Shown here: piece after piece, positions 47,192 to 57,120 of the stretch
Layout of the letters: every line of letters starts with the position of its first letter
How positions within the stretch are numbered: position 1 is the stretch's first letter
Virus record (IMG/VR): IMGVR_UViG_3300043499_000172
DNA from: an uncultured virus (IMG/VR IMGVR_UViG_3300043499_000172)
Lineage: Duplodnaviria > Heunggongvirae > Uroviricota > Caudoviricetes
Length of the DNA stretch: 64,000 bases
Strand: one strand, 5' to 3'
Translations under genes and position numbers: made by a program
The notes under the pieces: model-generated
Databases searched by the model: none
Seen by the model: only the letters and a program-made list of their open reading frames with translations
What the model was told of the DNA's origin: nothing

Positions 47192-48503
47192 GGTCGTCGA
47201 CCGTATCGTGAGCGATGCAGACATGGATCATGACGTGATTGCTTTGGCCCGGACGGTGGATACGCGCCACCGTCTGGTCCCAAAGCTCCGCCGACCACGT
47301 CGGGGCGATCCACGCCATGCGCGAGCCGCCGTGCTGCAGGTTCAGGCCATGGCCACCGGACGCCGGGTGCAACGCGAAGATGGGCAGCTGGCCCTTGTTC
47401 CAAGCCTCGATATGCTTGTTCGCCTGTGCGTCGCTAACGCCGGAGCCGAGATAGGGGAGATCGCCGAAAAGGCGTCGCAGCATGGCGAGATCCTCCTGAA
47501 ACTCGTACACGATGATGAGCGGCTCACCATCCAGATCATCGACCAGTTCCGAGATCCATGACGCCTTCTCGTCGTGCAGCGTGTGCGCGCCGGAAGCGCC
47601 GTCGTCATCGTACATGAAGCCGTTGGCGGCCTGCGCCAGCTTGCCGGTCGCCACCGCCTTGCTGACCGCGATGATGCGATCGCCTTCCACGAGGTCGGCG
47701 AACAGCTTCCTCTCCATGCGGTCATAGGCGTTGCGGGCGACATACGGCAGCCGCACCTCGTCGAGCAGCACCGAGATCTCTGGCAGCTCCGGCATCTCGT
47801 TCTCGCCGAGCGCGATCGACACGGTCGCGGCGTCGGCCTGGATGATCGGCGCATGGCCGGGCAGCACCCGCCACTGGTAGCCGTTGCGGTCGATCGGGTA
47901 GAAGTGCTGCTTCTGCCATGTGTAGAACGACTTGCCCCACAGCTTGCCGTCGGTGATCACCTTGAGCGGCGTGAACAGGTCGAGCAGGCTGTTCGGGTTC
48001 GGCGTGCCGGTCAGGCCCCAGCGGTTGCGGAACCGCCCGGCGATCTTGGCCAGCGCCTTGCCGCGCTTCGACTTGGGGTTCTTCAGCTTCGAGGTCTCGT
48101 CGATCACCAGAAGGTCGAAGATCGGGTGGTCCTCGTCCCAGCCGGCGATGATGTCGAGCAGCCACTGCACGTTGTCGATGCCGATGATGGTCAGCCGGCG
48201 CTTGCTGGCGTCCTTCAGCTTGGCCATGCGCTCCGCAGGGCTGCCGTCGAGCACGGCGTGCTTGAGCCACTTGGTGTGCTCCCACGCCTCGATCTCGGCA
48301 GGCCAGACGCTGAGCGCGACGCGCTTGGGCGCGATGATCAGGGCGTGGCGGATCTCGCCGTCGGCGATCAGCTCGTCGATCGCGGTCAATGTCGAGATCG
48401 TTTTCCCGGCCCCCATTTTCAGGACAGCCATCGCCTCGTCGTGCTCATACAAATGCTTGACGACGCGCTGCTGGTAGCCGCGTAGCTCGTTCTTCTTGCG
48501 CAT
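47085..48503 (-). CDS. SNF2-like superfamily 2 helicase
   Basis: LRGYQ, MGAGKT, VIDE, GLTGTP, HPASGGHGLNLQ, Q..ARIHRPGQ. Confidence 0.93.
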   Translation of the reverse strand: MRKKNELRGYQQRVVKHLYEHDEAMAVLKMGAGKTISTLTAIDELIADGEIRHALIIAPKRVALSVWPAEIEAWEHTKWLKHAVLDGSPAERMAKLKDASKRRLTIIGIDNVQWLLDIIAGWDEDHPIFDLLVIDETSKLKNPKSKRGKALAKIAGRFRNRWGLTGTPNPNSLLDLFTPLKVITDGKLWGKSFYTWQKQHFYPIDRNGYQWRVLPGHAPIIQADAATVSIALGENEMPELPEISVLLDEVRLPYVARNAYDRMERKLFADLVEGDRIIAVSKAVATGKLAQAANGFMYDDDGASGAHTLHDEKASWISELVDDLDGEPLIIVYEFQEDLAMLRRLFGDLPYLGSGVSDAQANKHIEAWNKGQLPIFALHPASGGHGLNLQHGGSRMAWIAPTWSAELWDQTVARIHRPGQSNHVMIHVCIAHDTVDDLKRLRVISKLSQQQAFEQYLAQSSAGRVLPPQRAA

Positions 48504-48504
48504 C

Positions 48505-49566
48505 TCAGATCTTCCCATCCCGTGAGGCAGCCGACACGAGAGCCTTGGGCACGCCGACCAAGCGCAGCGGCATCGTCTCGGCGATGTCGAGCAGCTTCTG
48601 CATGCCGGTGCGGATCTTGTCGCGATCCTCGGCGAGCCGTGCGGCATCGCGCCGAACCTCCTGCTGCGCCGCCACCAGCTTCTGCAGCAGGTGCTCGGTC
48701 GCCGCCGTCGACGTCGCCAGGTCTTCAGCCCGCTTCTCGAAGGCGGTGTGGTTGTCGTGCAGCGTCGCCAGCTCCCTGACGAAGGTCGCCGCCTCCGGGT
48801 CGTCGCCGCTCGAGCCGGGGTAGAGGTGCTCGCGCTCGGTGGTCACCCATTCGAGCGGCAGCTCCAGCTCGACGGCGACCTTGGCGTCGCTCCATCCCGA
48901 TCGGTAGCGGGCGGCCGGCTCGTCGAAATTGTCGCCGATCTTCATGCCGATGAGCAGTCTGTCGGTGCCGGTCTGCGGTCTCGCCGCTGCCGCCGGCTTG
49001 GCTGCTGCTGCTGCTACCGGGAACGTCACGGGCGTCGGCTTGTGCTCTTTCATGTGAACGACCTTCCTGCATTGCGGGCATTTGTCGGAAGCCGGGTCGC
49101 CGCCCACGAGCCAACCCTCCTTTTCGAAGTAGTGGTCGGTGTCCATCTCGCCGCGCCGCAGGTGGTAGGCGCACTCGGAACACTGGCTGCAGACGATCAT
49201 CGCCTTCTGCACGGTGCGCCCGGCACCGTCGCGGATCGGCATGATCGGGAAGTCGCGCTGCTTGCGCCGGGTGGTAGACATCATCGCGACTCCGCGTGCA
49301 TAGGCTCGGAAGGGGGGTGGCTGCAGGTTGTAGATCGCGTCGCCGCACTCGCCGTGGATGACCACGCCGAGCAGCTCCTGACGCAGCTTGGTGAGCGGAA
49401 AGGCCTTGCCCTCGTACCACTGCAGGAAGGATTCCCAGCTCACCTGCGAGACCTTGCGCTCGGCGAGGCGGCCATTGAGGTCGCGCCAGACGCCGCGCAG
49501 GCTGCGGCCAGCGAGGCCGCGCCGCATCAGCTGCGAAAGTCGCTCGCGCAATGCATCAGTCGTCAT
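48505..49566 (-). CDS. Hypothetical protein with CxxC zinc-ribbon and coiled coil
   Basis: CSQC...GW...CPQC; WSDAKVA. Confidence 0.6.
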   Translation of the reverse strand: MTTDALRERLSQLMRRGLAGRSLRGVWRDLNGRLAERKVSQVSWESFLQWYEGKAFPLTKLRQELLGVVIHGECGDAIYNLQPPPFRAYARGVAMMSTTRRKQRDFPIMPIRDGAGRTVQKAMIVCSQCSECAYHLRRGEMDTDHYFEKEGWLVGGDPASDKCPQCRKVVHMKEHKPTPVTFPVAAAAAKPAAAARPQTGTDRLLIGMKIGDNFDEPAARYRSGWSDAKVAVELELPLEWVTTEREHLYPGSSGDDPEAATFVRELATLHDNHTAFEKRAEDLATSTAATEHLLQKLVAAQQEVRRDAARLAEDRDKIRTGMQKLLDIAETMPLRLVGVPKALVSAASRDGKI

Positions 49567-49569
49567 GTT

Positions 49570-51777
49570 TTACAGCCCCCACGACCCCTTGCTCTTAGAA
49601 TACCACCTACCGATCGTCGTGTCGGCGGCGATCGGCAGCCCGCCGGTCCAGCTGAAGCCGCGCTCCATCAGCTCCTGCAGCCGGGCCGCGGCTGCGTGAG
49701 CATCCCGCTCGGCAGGCTCGACCAGCACCTCGTCGTGGGTGTGCAGGGCGACCGGCATCCATGAATATTCATCGTCGCTCAGCCGCACCAAGGTGCCGCG
49801 CAAAAGGTCCGCGGCGGCCGCCTGGACGACGTTCTCGCAGGCCAGTCCCGGCCACAGCTTGACGCGGCTCATGTCGCGGCTGAAGCGCATCTCGCGCTTG
49901 CGGCCGATGACCTGGTCGTTGTCGTCGAGCACGTCGACGAGGTCCTCGCGGATGTTGCGGTAGGTCAGGCAGCGGCCGCTCGGCAGGATGCAGATCAGCG
50001 ACCCGCCGAGATAATCGCTGATGTAGACGTAGCTGACACGGCCAGCCTCGCAGACGGTGCCGGGGCGTTCCATGGCGGTATTGAGGGCGCCCCACAGGCC
50101 ATAGCTGGCGTAAGCATCGTGCTTGCCCCAGAAGCGCGTCGCCCAGCGGTTCTTCTCGCGCCACTTCTGGACGAAGGCGCTGGCGACCTCCTCTTCGATG
50201 TGGATGCCGTAGCTGGCGGCCATCGACAGCAGCGCGTTGGTGGATCCGCCGAATCCACACGCGAGTTCTACCACCTTGCCACGCTGGCGGACCTCCTTCT
50301 GGGCGGCCTCCTCCAGCGAGACGTTGGACAGGTCGGCGGCGGTGCGGGTGTAGATGTCGAACTTCTCGGTGCCGTCGTCGACCGCCCGGAAAATGTCGAG
50401 GCGCTCGTCGGCCTCCGGGTCGTTGGCCAGCCACGGCACCAGCCGCGCCTCGATGTTGGCCCAGTCGCCCCACACGAAGGCGCAGCCCTTGTCCGCGGTA
50501 AAGGCGGGGCGGATCAGCAGCGACAGCTTGCGGCTGATCGGCGTGTCGTCGCCGAGCATGGCGAAGGCGCCCGGCTTGATGCCAGCCACCAGGGCGTCGA
50601 TCGCGTCCATCTCGTAGGGGCTGGCGTCGCGCATCAGATTGTGGACCTGGACGCCGCGGGCGCTGAAGCGGCCGGTCTGCATGGCGCCGTTGAAGACGTA
50701 CTGGCCGCGCACGACGCCGTCGACGTGCTGGTGCAGCAGCTTGGAGAACTTCGCCGGGGTCTTGCTGCCACCGTAGAGGCGGATCTGCAGAACCCGCAGC
50801 GCGGCGCGCAGGGGGTCTGTGAGCGTTTCTCGGGCTTCGAGGTAGGCAATGAGCCTGACGACCCGGTCGCGCGTCAGCGACATCTTCTTGGGCCGTGTGA
50901 CCTCGCCGGTCTCCTCGTCGAACTCCTCATAGCGCTTGACCAGCATGTCGCGGCCGGCGGGCGGTAGGACGCTGTAGAGCCAGTTGATGATGCGCGCCAC
51001 CTGATCGACGGTGGTGACGGTGCCGGAAGTCAGCTGCTCGAGGTCGTCGGCCGAGATGCGCTGCGCGGCGAGCGCCATCTTGGCGGCGGCCTCGACCAGC
51101 GGCAGGTCGATCATCACGCCGTCGTCGTTGATCTGCTCGGCGGCCCAGTATTCCTTCCACTCGGCGAGCGGCAACTGGCGGGTCGACAGGAACAGCTCGC
51201 GCATGGCGACGATGTCCTGCGCGGCGTAGACCTGGAAGTCCTGCCACTCCTGTGGGTGCGACTGCGGCGTGGCGGTCGATTCGGGAAGGCAGAACAGCTT
51301 GATCAGCGCCTTGCCGCGTTTGTCCTTCATCTGGTCGGTGCCGACGCCGGCGTAGCGGGAGGCGAGGTCGAGCGCCGCAGGCAGGCCGGCGGCCGCAGCC
51401 TGGACGCGGCTGTCGATGATCATGTGCGGCAGCATCGGCGGGAAGCCGCGCGTCGCGTTGTTCCAGATCGATCGATCGAAGAAGGCGTTGTGGGCGCAGA
51501 ACACGGTCTCGCCGGCCGCCGCGCGGTAGAAGAATTGCTGCAGCTTGTTGGGCACGTCGGCCCACGCCAGCGGCGCGTCGAAGCTGCCGACGGCGGTCAC
51601 CGCGACCGGGCTGCCGCCGATCGCCCACGCCAGCACGACGGCGTCGGCGTTGCGGCTGTAGCGGTCGGCGCCGGCCGACAGGATCGGCAGGTCGCCGATG
51701 GTCTCAAAATCGATGAAGCAGATGTTGCCGAGGGCGAATGTCGCCCCCGGCTCGCGGTCGTCGACGCGGCTGAGCAT
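49570..51777 (-). CDS. Family A DNA polymerase with 3'-5' exonuclease
   Basis: IDFET, AHNAFFDR, TGRFSARGVQVHNL, DWANIEAR, RQRGKVVELACGFGG, ENVVQA, HTHDE. Confidence 0.95.
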   Translation of the reverse strand: MLSRVDDREPGATFALGNICFIDFETIGDLPILSAGADRYSRNADAVVLAWAIGGSPVAVTAVGSFDAPLAWADVPNKLQQFFYRAAAGETVFCAHNAFFDRSIWNNATRGFPPMLPHMIIDSRVQAAAAGLPAALDLASRYAGVGTDQMKDKRGKALIKLFCLPESTATPQSHPQEWQDFQVYAAQDIVAMRELFLSTRQLPLAEWKEYWAAEQINDDGVMIDLPLVEAAAKMALAAQRISADDLEQLTSGTVTTVDQVARIINWLYSVLPPAGRDMLVKRYEEFDEETGEVTRPKKMSLTRDRVVRLIAYLEARETLTDPLRAALRVLQIRLYGGSKTPAKFSKLLHQHVDGVVRGQYVFNGAMQTGRFSARGVQVHNLMRDASPYEMDAIDALVAGIKPGAFAMLGDDTPISRKLSLLIRPAFTADKGCAFVWGDWANIEARLVPWLANDPEADERLDIFRAVDDGTEKFDIYTRTAADLSNVSLEEAAQKEVRQRGKVVELACGFGGSTNALLSMAASYGIHIEEEVASAFVQKWREKNRWATRFWGKHDAYASYGLWGALNTAMERPGTVCEAGRVSYVYISDYLGGSLICILPSGRCLTYRNIREDLVDVLDDNDQVIGRKREMRFSRDMSRVKLWPGLACENVVQAAAADLLRGTLVRLSDDEYSWMPVALHTHDEVLVEPAERDAHAAAARLQELMERGFSWTGGLPIAADTTIGRWYSKSKGSWGL

Positions 51778-51778
51778 G

Positions 51779-52603
51779 TCAGGCGCGCGACGGCCGCTGG
51801 CGACGCGGAGCTGCACCGGCGCGCTGCACCACCTCCGGTGGCACGCTGGCGGCGCCACCGGCGTCGGCCTGCGGCTCCGGCGTGTCCACGGGAGCCTGCT
51901 CGGCTGCCGTAGGCGCACCGGACAGCGGCGCCTTGGCCTTCTTGGCGGGCTGCTTGCCGGCGGCAGCCACCAGTGCCGGCTTGCCGGCCTTGCCGAGGCG
52001 CTCGCCGTTGATGTCCATCCAGCCGGTGATCAACAGGATCGGGAAGTAGGTGCGGCCGTAGGCCTTGTGATCGTAGTAGTCCTGCTGCAGCTGGACGATC
52101 GCCACGATGTGGGTGCGGTTGCCCTCGTCGATCTGCTGGGTGATGGAACCCAGCAAGGCGTCGAAGGCCTTCAGGCCGCCGAGGCTCGGCGTCTTGTAGA
52201 TGACCTCCTGGCCGGCGTCGTCGCCGTTCAGGCACTTCATCTCGCAGGTGCGCTGCTCCTTCCACTCGCCGCCGGGGATGTAGGCCGGCAGCTCGGGCTT
52301 GGGGTTGAGCACCGACGTCATGGTCTCGCCGAGCATCTGGTTCTTGGCGTTGCCGTCGTTCTTGGCCCAGTTGACGTAGCCATGGGCGATCGAGTGTGGG
52401 TTGATCGCCCACTCGCTGCCCTGCTGGACGTCGTCGTCGTTCTGGCCGAACACCCACTCGCCGCTCTTCAGCAGCCGCAGGATCGGCTTGCCACCCGGAA
52501 GGATGGTCGAGGCGCGCGACACCGCGACGCCGGCGCGGAAACGATCCGCGAATTCGGTGGAGACGGCTCCACCACCATTAGCACTACCAACTTCATTGGC
52601 CAT
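51779..52603 (-). CDS. Putative single-stranded DNA-binding protein
   Basis: Between DUF2800 nuclease and polymerase; GEWVFG, Y.HK.YG..Y.P OB-like pattern and low-complexity tail. Confidence 0.55.
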   Translation of the reverse strand: MANEVGSANGGGAVSTEFADRFRAGVAVSRASTILPGGKPILRLLKSGEWVFGQNDDDVQQGSEWAINPHSIAHGYVNWAKNDGNAKNQMLGETMTSVLNPKPELPAYIPGGEWKEQRTCEMKCLNGDDAGQEVIYKTPSLGGLKAFDALLGSITQQIDEGNRTHIVAIVQLQQDYYDHKAYGRTYFPILLITGWMDINGERLGKAGKPALVAAAGKQPAKKAKAPLSGAPTAAEQAPVDTPEPQADAGGAASVPPEVVQRAGAAPRRQRPSRA

Positions 52604-52691
52604 TTTTCGTATCCCTGTTCCTGTCCATGTCACCTGTCTGCGGCCGGCAACCACGCCGTCGAAACCGTACTAAAAGACTTTACGTCTCTTA

Positions 52692-53870
52692 CTACAATCC
52701 TTTGAGCGCCGTTCTGAGGTCGGCGATGGCCGTGGCGTGCGTCGCCGTCGGCCGGTCGTCGTCGTCATGCGCTAGTGTAGTACCAGTCGACACCATTTGG
52801 AAGAGGCTTTCCGGCACCGCGAGCTTTTTCGGCTTGAGCGCGTCCTCGACCTGCTTGACGCTCTTCAGCTCGGGCTTGGTGTAGATGTCGGCGTGCTCGA
52901 CGCCGGCCCGCATCAACGCCTCGGCGGTCTCGCCGTCGCTACCGATCCACTTGCGGGTGCCGCGCTTGGGCACCAGTTTCCAGCCGCCGATCAGACCGCC
53001 GTCGGTCAAATAGAGGTGGGCCTGACGACGGATCTCCTCCGCCCATGTCTCGGCGAACTCGGCAACCGCCAAGGCGCGCGTCAGGAAGGTCGAGTACTCG
53101 GCCTGCGCGGCGGGCGTCTGCGAGCCGCGCAAGGCGGCCTTGTTGGGGTCGAGGGCGCTGAGATCGAGCAGCGGCCCGGTCCACAGCTTGCAGGTCACCT
53201 TGCAGCGCGCGAAGCGGCAGTGCTCGCCGCGCTCGCGGTGCGGGTCGCGGCCGATCGCCTCGATGTAGGCGTTGGTCATGCTCTCCTTGAACTGGTCCAG
53301 CTCCTCGTTGTCGGTGACCACCTCGGACACCGAATCCAGCCGCGGCTGGATGATCACCAGGACGATCTTCTTGCCGTTGAACAGCTTGGGCCGCTGCGCC
53401 CGCGCGCAGATGGCGTAGAAGGCCAGCTGCGGGTTGACCATGTCGGAGCCGTCGGGCAGCTCGTAGAGCGCGCTGACGGGCACGCCGGAGCCGAATTTCC
53501 AGTCGACGACGAGGACGTGGGTCTTGGACGACAGCACCAGGTCGCAGGTGCCGAACGAGCCGGGCACGCCGGGGAACGGGATGGTCTCCTCGATCGCGTT
53601 GATCCTGAAGCCGCCGCCCCACGCCTTCTTGAGGGCGTGCAGCGACGTCAACGCCTTCTGGAGCGTCGCCTCCTGCTCCTGCTCGAGCACGATGTTCATC
53701 TCCATGCCGGTCAGGCGGGCCGAGATGACCTCGTGCAGCATCGAGCCTTCGTCGGCGTAGATCGACGAGGTGTCGGTGTCGGGGCTGCGCATCAGCTCCT
53801 GGTGGGAGGCAGGACAGGCAAGCAGGCGCTGGGCGTTGCTGCCGCCGAGGATGGTCGAGTGACTGGTCAT
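52692..53870 (-). CDS. DUF2800 / Cas4-like PD-(D/E)xK exonuclease
   Basis: HS.LGGS.A.R...CP.S, A.EG..LH, FGTCD, VVDWKFGSG, NPQL..YA, HCRF..CK..C. Confidence 0.9.
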   Translation of the reverse strand: MTSHSTILGGSNAQRLLACPASHQELMRSPDTDTSSIYADEGSMLHEVISARLTGMEMNIVLEQEQEATLQKALTSLHALKKAWGGGFRINAIEETIPFPGVPGSFGTCDLVLSSKTHVLVVDWKFGSGVPVSALYELPDGSDMVNPQLAFYAICARAQRPKLFNGKKIVLVIIQPRLDSVSEVVTDNEELDQFKESMTNAYIEAIGRDPHRERGEHCRFARCKVTCKLWTGPLLDLSALDPNKAALRGSQTPAAQAEYSTFLTRALAVAEFAETWAEEIRRQAHLYLTDGGLIGGWKLVPKRGTRKWIGSDGETAEALMRAGVEHADIYTKPELKSVKQVEDALKPKKLAVPESLFQMVSTGTTLAHDDDDRPTATHATAIADLRTALKGL

Positions 53871-54067
53871 TTCCGTCCCTTCATTCTGTCGTTGAAAACC
53901 TTGTCGACGTATACGGAGAGCGCTGCCATCACCGACGGCTCCAGCGCGATACGGTTGGTGATCTCGACGCCGTTGGTGGTCTCCAGCCATAGCTGGAAAC
54001 CGTCGAACGAGGCGTAGAGGCCGTCACCGAGATACTCGGTCCGCGTGCCGGTGAATTCGATCGCCAT
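53867..54067 (-). CDS. Conserved phage hypothetical protein
   Basis: YLGDGLYASFDG.Q.WL...N.IALEP.V motif. Confidence 0.7.
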   Translation of the reverse strand: MAIEFTGTRTEYLGDGLYASFDGFQLWLETTNGVEITNRIALEPSVMAALSVYVDKVFNDRMKGRK

Positions 54068-54267
54068 CAGTCGGCCTCCACTTCTTCATCGGTCCAGTAC
54101 TGACTGTCCACCAGGACGTCAGGCCGAACGCGCTTCTTCTTCTCGTCCTCGCAGGCGGCGCAGACGCGCGCCACCTCGATGCCGCGGGCGTCGCGCAGCC
54201 AGTGGCTGAGCAGCCCTGAACCGCACGGGCAGGGCCGTGCGCGCGGTTCAATCCACCCTGGCGTCAT
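54067..54267 (-). CDS. Small zinc-binding protein
   Basis: CPCGSG...DARGI...VC..C. Confidence 0.7.
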   Translation of the reverse strand: MTPGWIEPRARPCPCGSGLLSHWLRDARGIEVARVCAACEDEKKKRVRPDVLVDSQYWTDEEVEAD

Positions 54268-54628
54268 CGTTCTTGTCTCCCGCTCTGTAGTTGCGCAGGC
54301 GCGGCCGGCGCAGCGCCCGCGTCTCGAAGAAGCCGCGCATATGCGGATGCTTGTCCATGACCCAGCGCGCGAGATCGGGCGCCCACTTGTCGTTGATCTT
54401 GAACGGCTGGTTCTCCACGCCCTTGTACTGGTACATGAAGTGCCAGCGCATGAGGTTGATGATGGCCCTCGCGCCGTAGCGCCTGGTGCCGTCGGCGTAT
54501 AAGTCGAGCGCCATTTTCTCGAACAGCTGGCAGACCTCGACCGGGATGTCAGCCGGGTAGAAGCCATCGAGTGGCTGCAACCGCCAGTTACGGTCGACGA
54601 ACAGGCTGCCCGAGAATATGCGGGGCAT
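54248..54628 (-). CDS. Conserved phage hypothetical protein
   Basis: YGARAII..MRW...FKIND....AR.......GFFETR. Confidence 0.7.
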   Translation of the reverse strand: MPRIFSGSLFVDRNWRLQPLDGFYPADIPVEVCQLFEKMALDLYADGTRRYGARAIINLMRWHFMYQYKGVENQPFKINDKWAPDLARWVMDKHPHMRGFFETRALRRPRLRNYRAGDKNDDARVD

Positions 54629-54629
54629 G

Positions 54630-55451
54630 TCACGCGAGCCTCTCCGCGAAGCCCTCCGCCATCGCCCACAGCTCGCGGTTGAGGCGCAGGTTGGCGTCGA
54701 TGCCGGTGACGGCGCGCGACGCGAAGCGGCGGTTGCGGCGGCTGGCGATCGCCTCCACCAGACCGCCGGCGATGACGTTCTCCTGCACGATATTGAAGAT
54801 CGTCCACAGGTCGCGGCCATTGTCGGCGGGGCGGCGCGGGATCAGCAGCTGGTGGTCCTCGATGCGGTCGTCGTCGCCGAACCGCAGCTTGTTGGCGGCG
54901 TGCGCCAGCAGCCGAGCCTGGACGTCGTCGAGGCGGATCTTCGACCAGCGGGCCGGCGCCTCCATCACCTTATCGGCGTGGCGGGCGATCTCGTAGGTGC
55001 CGGCGAGCACGCGATCGAGGACATCGTCGCCGCTGTGGCGGATCATCAGCGCGCCGAAATCATGGCTCTTGACGACCATGCCGTTGAGGCAGGCGAGGCG
55101 GAAGATGCCGCAGTCGAGGCGGAACCCCTTGGTGCCGTCGTTGGCGTTGGTGAGGATGGTCTCAAGCACGCTGTCGCCGACCTTGGTGAGGCGGCTGGTG
55201 TCGCGGTGGCGGAACTTCAGCATGTGCTTGGTGTAGCGAGCGCGGTCCGGCGTGCGGGTGCGGCCCTGGCCGGCGCCGTAGCACTCCCAGCCCTCGTTGC
55301 GCAGCGCCCGCACCGCGTGGATGGTCGGGATGGCGCGGAAGCGCTCGGAGCGGCTGCGGTGGGCGCTGTAGGTGAATACCGACGGCGCGCGCTGGTAGAG
55401 CTGCTCGTCGTCGAGCGGCTCCGGCGAGTAGAATTGCGGCCGCATGTTCAT
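54630..55451 (-). CDS. DUF932/DUF945 family protein
   Basis: APSVF...H.SRSERF..IPT, TKHML.FR, GIFRLACLNG, DLWTIFNIVQEN, LNRELW. Confidence 0.88.
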   Translation of the reverse strand: MNMRPQFYSPEPLDDEQLYQRAPSVFTYSAHRSRSERFRAIPTIHAVRALRNEGWECYGAGQGRTRTPDRARYTKHMLKFRHRDTSRLTKVGDSVLETILTNANDGTKGFRLDCGIFRLACLNGMVVKSHDFGALMIRHSGDDVLDRVLAGTYEIARHADKVMEAPARWSKIRLDDVQARLLAHAANKLRFGDDDRIEDHQLLIPRRPADNGRDLWTIFNIVQENVIAGGLVEAIASRRNRRFASRAVTGIDANLRLNRELWAMAEGFAERLA

Positions 55452-55672
55452 GTCTTTGCCCCCTCTGTGGCGATGTGGATGACGGCGCCGGTGGCGGCGT
55501 CGTAGCGGTAGTTGGCCGGGCGCTCGTCGGCGACGACGCGGTAGTTTTCGCACTGCGTCCAGTTGTACATCTTGTTGTAGCCGGCGCTCGACGCCTCGGC
55601 CTCGGTCGCGAAGCAGACCGCGTTCGGATACCAGTGGCCGGCGACCTGCACTTCGTAACGATAGCTGCTCAT
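55448..55672 (-). CDS. Hypothetical protein
   Basis: AGGAG SD; W..NA..FAT.AEA. Confidence 0.65.
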   Translation of the reverse strand: MSSYRYEVQVAGHWYPNAVCFATEAEASSAGYNKMYNWTQCENYRVVADERPANYRYDAATGAVIHIATEGAKT

Positions 55673-55690
55673 GTTGGTACTCCTAGTTGA

Positions 55691-56089
55691 CTATTCAGAG
55701 AATTGACAGCCGGCGATGTACTGGTAGTTGTACGACGCCGCGTAGGCCGAGTTGTCATAGCCGCGCTCGGCCCACATCTTGATGCACATGTTCTTCGCCG
55801 ACCGGCAGCCCTTGACGAAGGTGGTGCCGGCCGGCGCCTTGTGGCGCTTGCTGCCGCTGCACTGGATCACCGTCAGGTGGCCGGGGAAGTCGTGGCGGTA
55901 GGACCTGGGCGGGGCAGCGACCTCGAAAGGTTCGTGGTCCCAACCCATGCAGTGGGCGCGCTCGTGCTCGAAGACCTCGCGGGTGCCGTCGGTGACGATC
56001 GTGCACCTGCTGCTGGTCGAGCCGTCGCACGACACCAGCGTCGCGGCGGCCGCCAACAAGGCCAGCAGTGTTGACTTATAAGTCATCAT
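55691..56089 (-). CDS. Putative lipoprotein with HExxHxxGxxH zinc motif
   Basis: Signal peptide with LVSC lipobox-like end; EHERAHCMGWDH. Confidence 0.6.
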   Translation of the reverse strand: MMTYKSTLLALLAAAATLVSCDGSTSSRCTIVTDGTREVFEHERAHCMGWDHEPFEVAAPPRSYRHDFPGHLTVIQCSGSKRHKAPAGTTFVKGCRSAKNMCIKMWAERGYDNSAYAASYNYQYIAGCQFSE

Positions 56090-56615
56090 GCCACTCCATC
56101 GGGTCGAAGAAGTTGACGCCGGGGCCGACCAGCTTTTCCTTGCTCATGTCGATGTCGTCGCGGGCCAGCAGCCGGTTGTTGTCGGGGTTGACCTTGAGGC
56201 GGGCGACCCAGCGCGTCATCTTCTTGCCGCCGTCGCGCGAATAGGTGCCGACCATCAGGGCGTCCTCGCGGCCTGGCATGTCGCGGACCTGACGGCCCTG
56301 CCGCTCGCCGGGCGCGACCTGGGCGACCCACACCTCGGAGATGAACGACAGCATGGTCAGTCTGGTGTCGAGCAGGCACACCCCGCGCACCACGTCGAAG
56401 ATCGCGTGCTTGACCCGCTCGCTGGTGAAATGCGCCTCCATGACGTGGACGGTGTCGCCCCACCACATGTTGAAGAAGGTCACCGGGTTGTCGTCATTGC
56501 TGCGCTTGGCGGCGAACCGCTGCTGCGCGAAGGTGATGTTCCATTCGTGAAACTGGTCGATCGTCATCGGCGTGAAGCGGTGCGACGGATGCCAGTGGAT
56601 CGGCGCCTCGTTCAT
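56076..56615 (-). CDS. Hypothetical protein
   Basis: FISEVW...GREDALMV pattern; coupled ORF. Confidence 0.6.
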   Translation of the reverse strand: MNEAPIHWHPSHRFTPMTIDQFHEWNITFAQQRFAAKRSNDDNPVTFFNMWWGDTVHVMEAHFTSERVKHAIFDVVRGVCLLDTRLTMLSFISEVWVAQVAPGERQGRQVRDMPGREDALMVGTYSRDGGKKMTRWVARLKVNPDNNRLLARDDIDMSKEKLVGPGVNFFDPMEWHDDL

Positions 56616-56914
56616 GGCTGCGCCCCCGCCTCTGTGCAGGCAAAGCACCGGACCTTCTCGGCGTCGGCGGGCACGCGGGCCTGCAGGTCCTTGCCGCACA
56701 CGCAGCAGATCGCCGGCTTGACCGCATTTCGTGGCGGCTTCAGCGCGGCGACCAGCTTGCGCGCCTCGTCCATCTCGAAGCCGCTGCCCTCGTAGAAACT
56801 GCCGATCTTGGACGGATAGACGCGGCGGCAGGCCTTGTGGCCGCAGCCGCACAGGCGCCACGCGCCGAGCAGCGGGTGGGTCGGCAGGCTGTCGGTATCT
56901 TCTTGTGGGGTCAT
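56612..56914 (-). CDS. Cys-rich zinc-binding hypothetical protein
   Basis: CGCGH.AC and CCVC...CFAC. Confidence 0.55.
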   Translation of the reverse strand: MTPQEDTDSLPTHPLLGAWRLCGCGHKACRRVYPSKIGSFYEGSGFEMDEARKLVAALKPPRNAVKPAICCVCGKDLQARVPADAEKVRCFACTEAGAQP

Positions 56915-56931
56915 TTGCACGATCTCCATCA

Positions 56932-57120
56932 TCACCGCTGAAAGAACCAAATCAGCTCGTCCCGGTACTTTGTGAGCAGGATAGCCACAGGGCGGGGGAT
57001 TTCGCGTCTCCCAGCGCGCCAGTGCATTACGGCGTACCGCGTCACCCCCAGCTTTTCGGCGGTGGTTTTCACCCGCCATTTGAACGTCTTCTGGTAGTCC
57101 TTGAACTGGGCGGGGGTCAT
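56932..57120 (-). CDS. Small HTH regulator
   Basis: MTPAQFK...AEKLGVT..AV..W.AG.R.IP..VAIL. Confidence 0.7.
   Translation of the reverse strand: MTPAQFKDYQKTFKWRVKTTAEKLGVTRYAVMHWRAGRREIPRPVAILLTKYRDELIWFFQR

Noticed and set aside
52692..53870. Cas4-like nuclease as a sign of CRISPR-Cas
   Set aside because: No repeat-spacer array or other cas genes; usual DUF2800-SSB-PolA phage replication context
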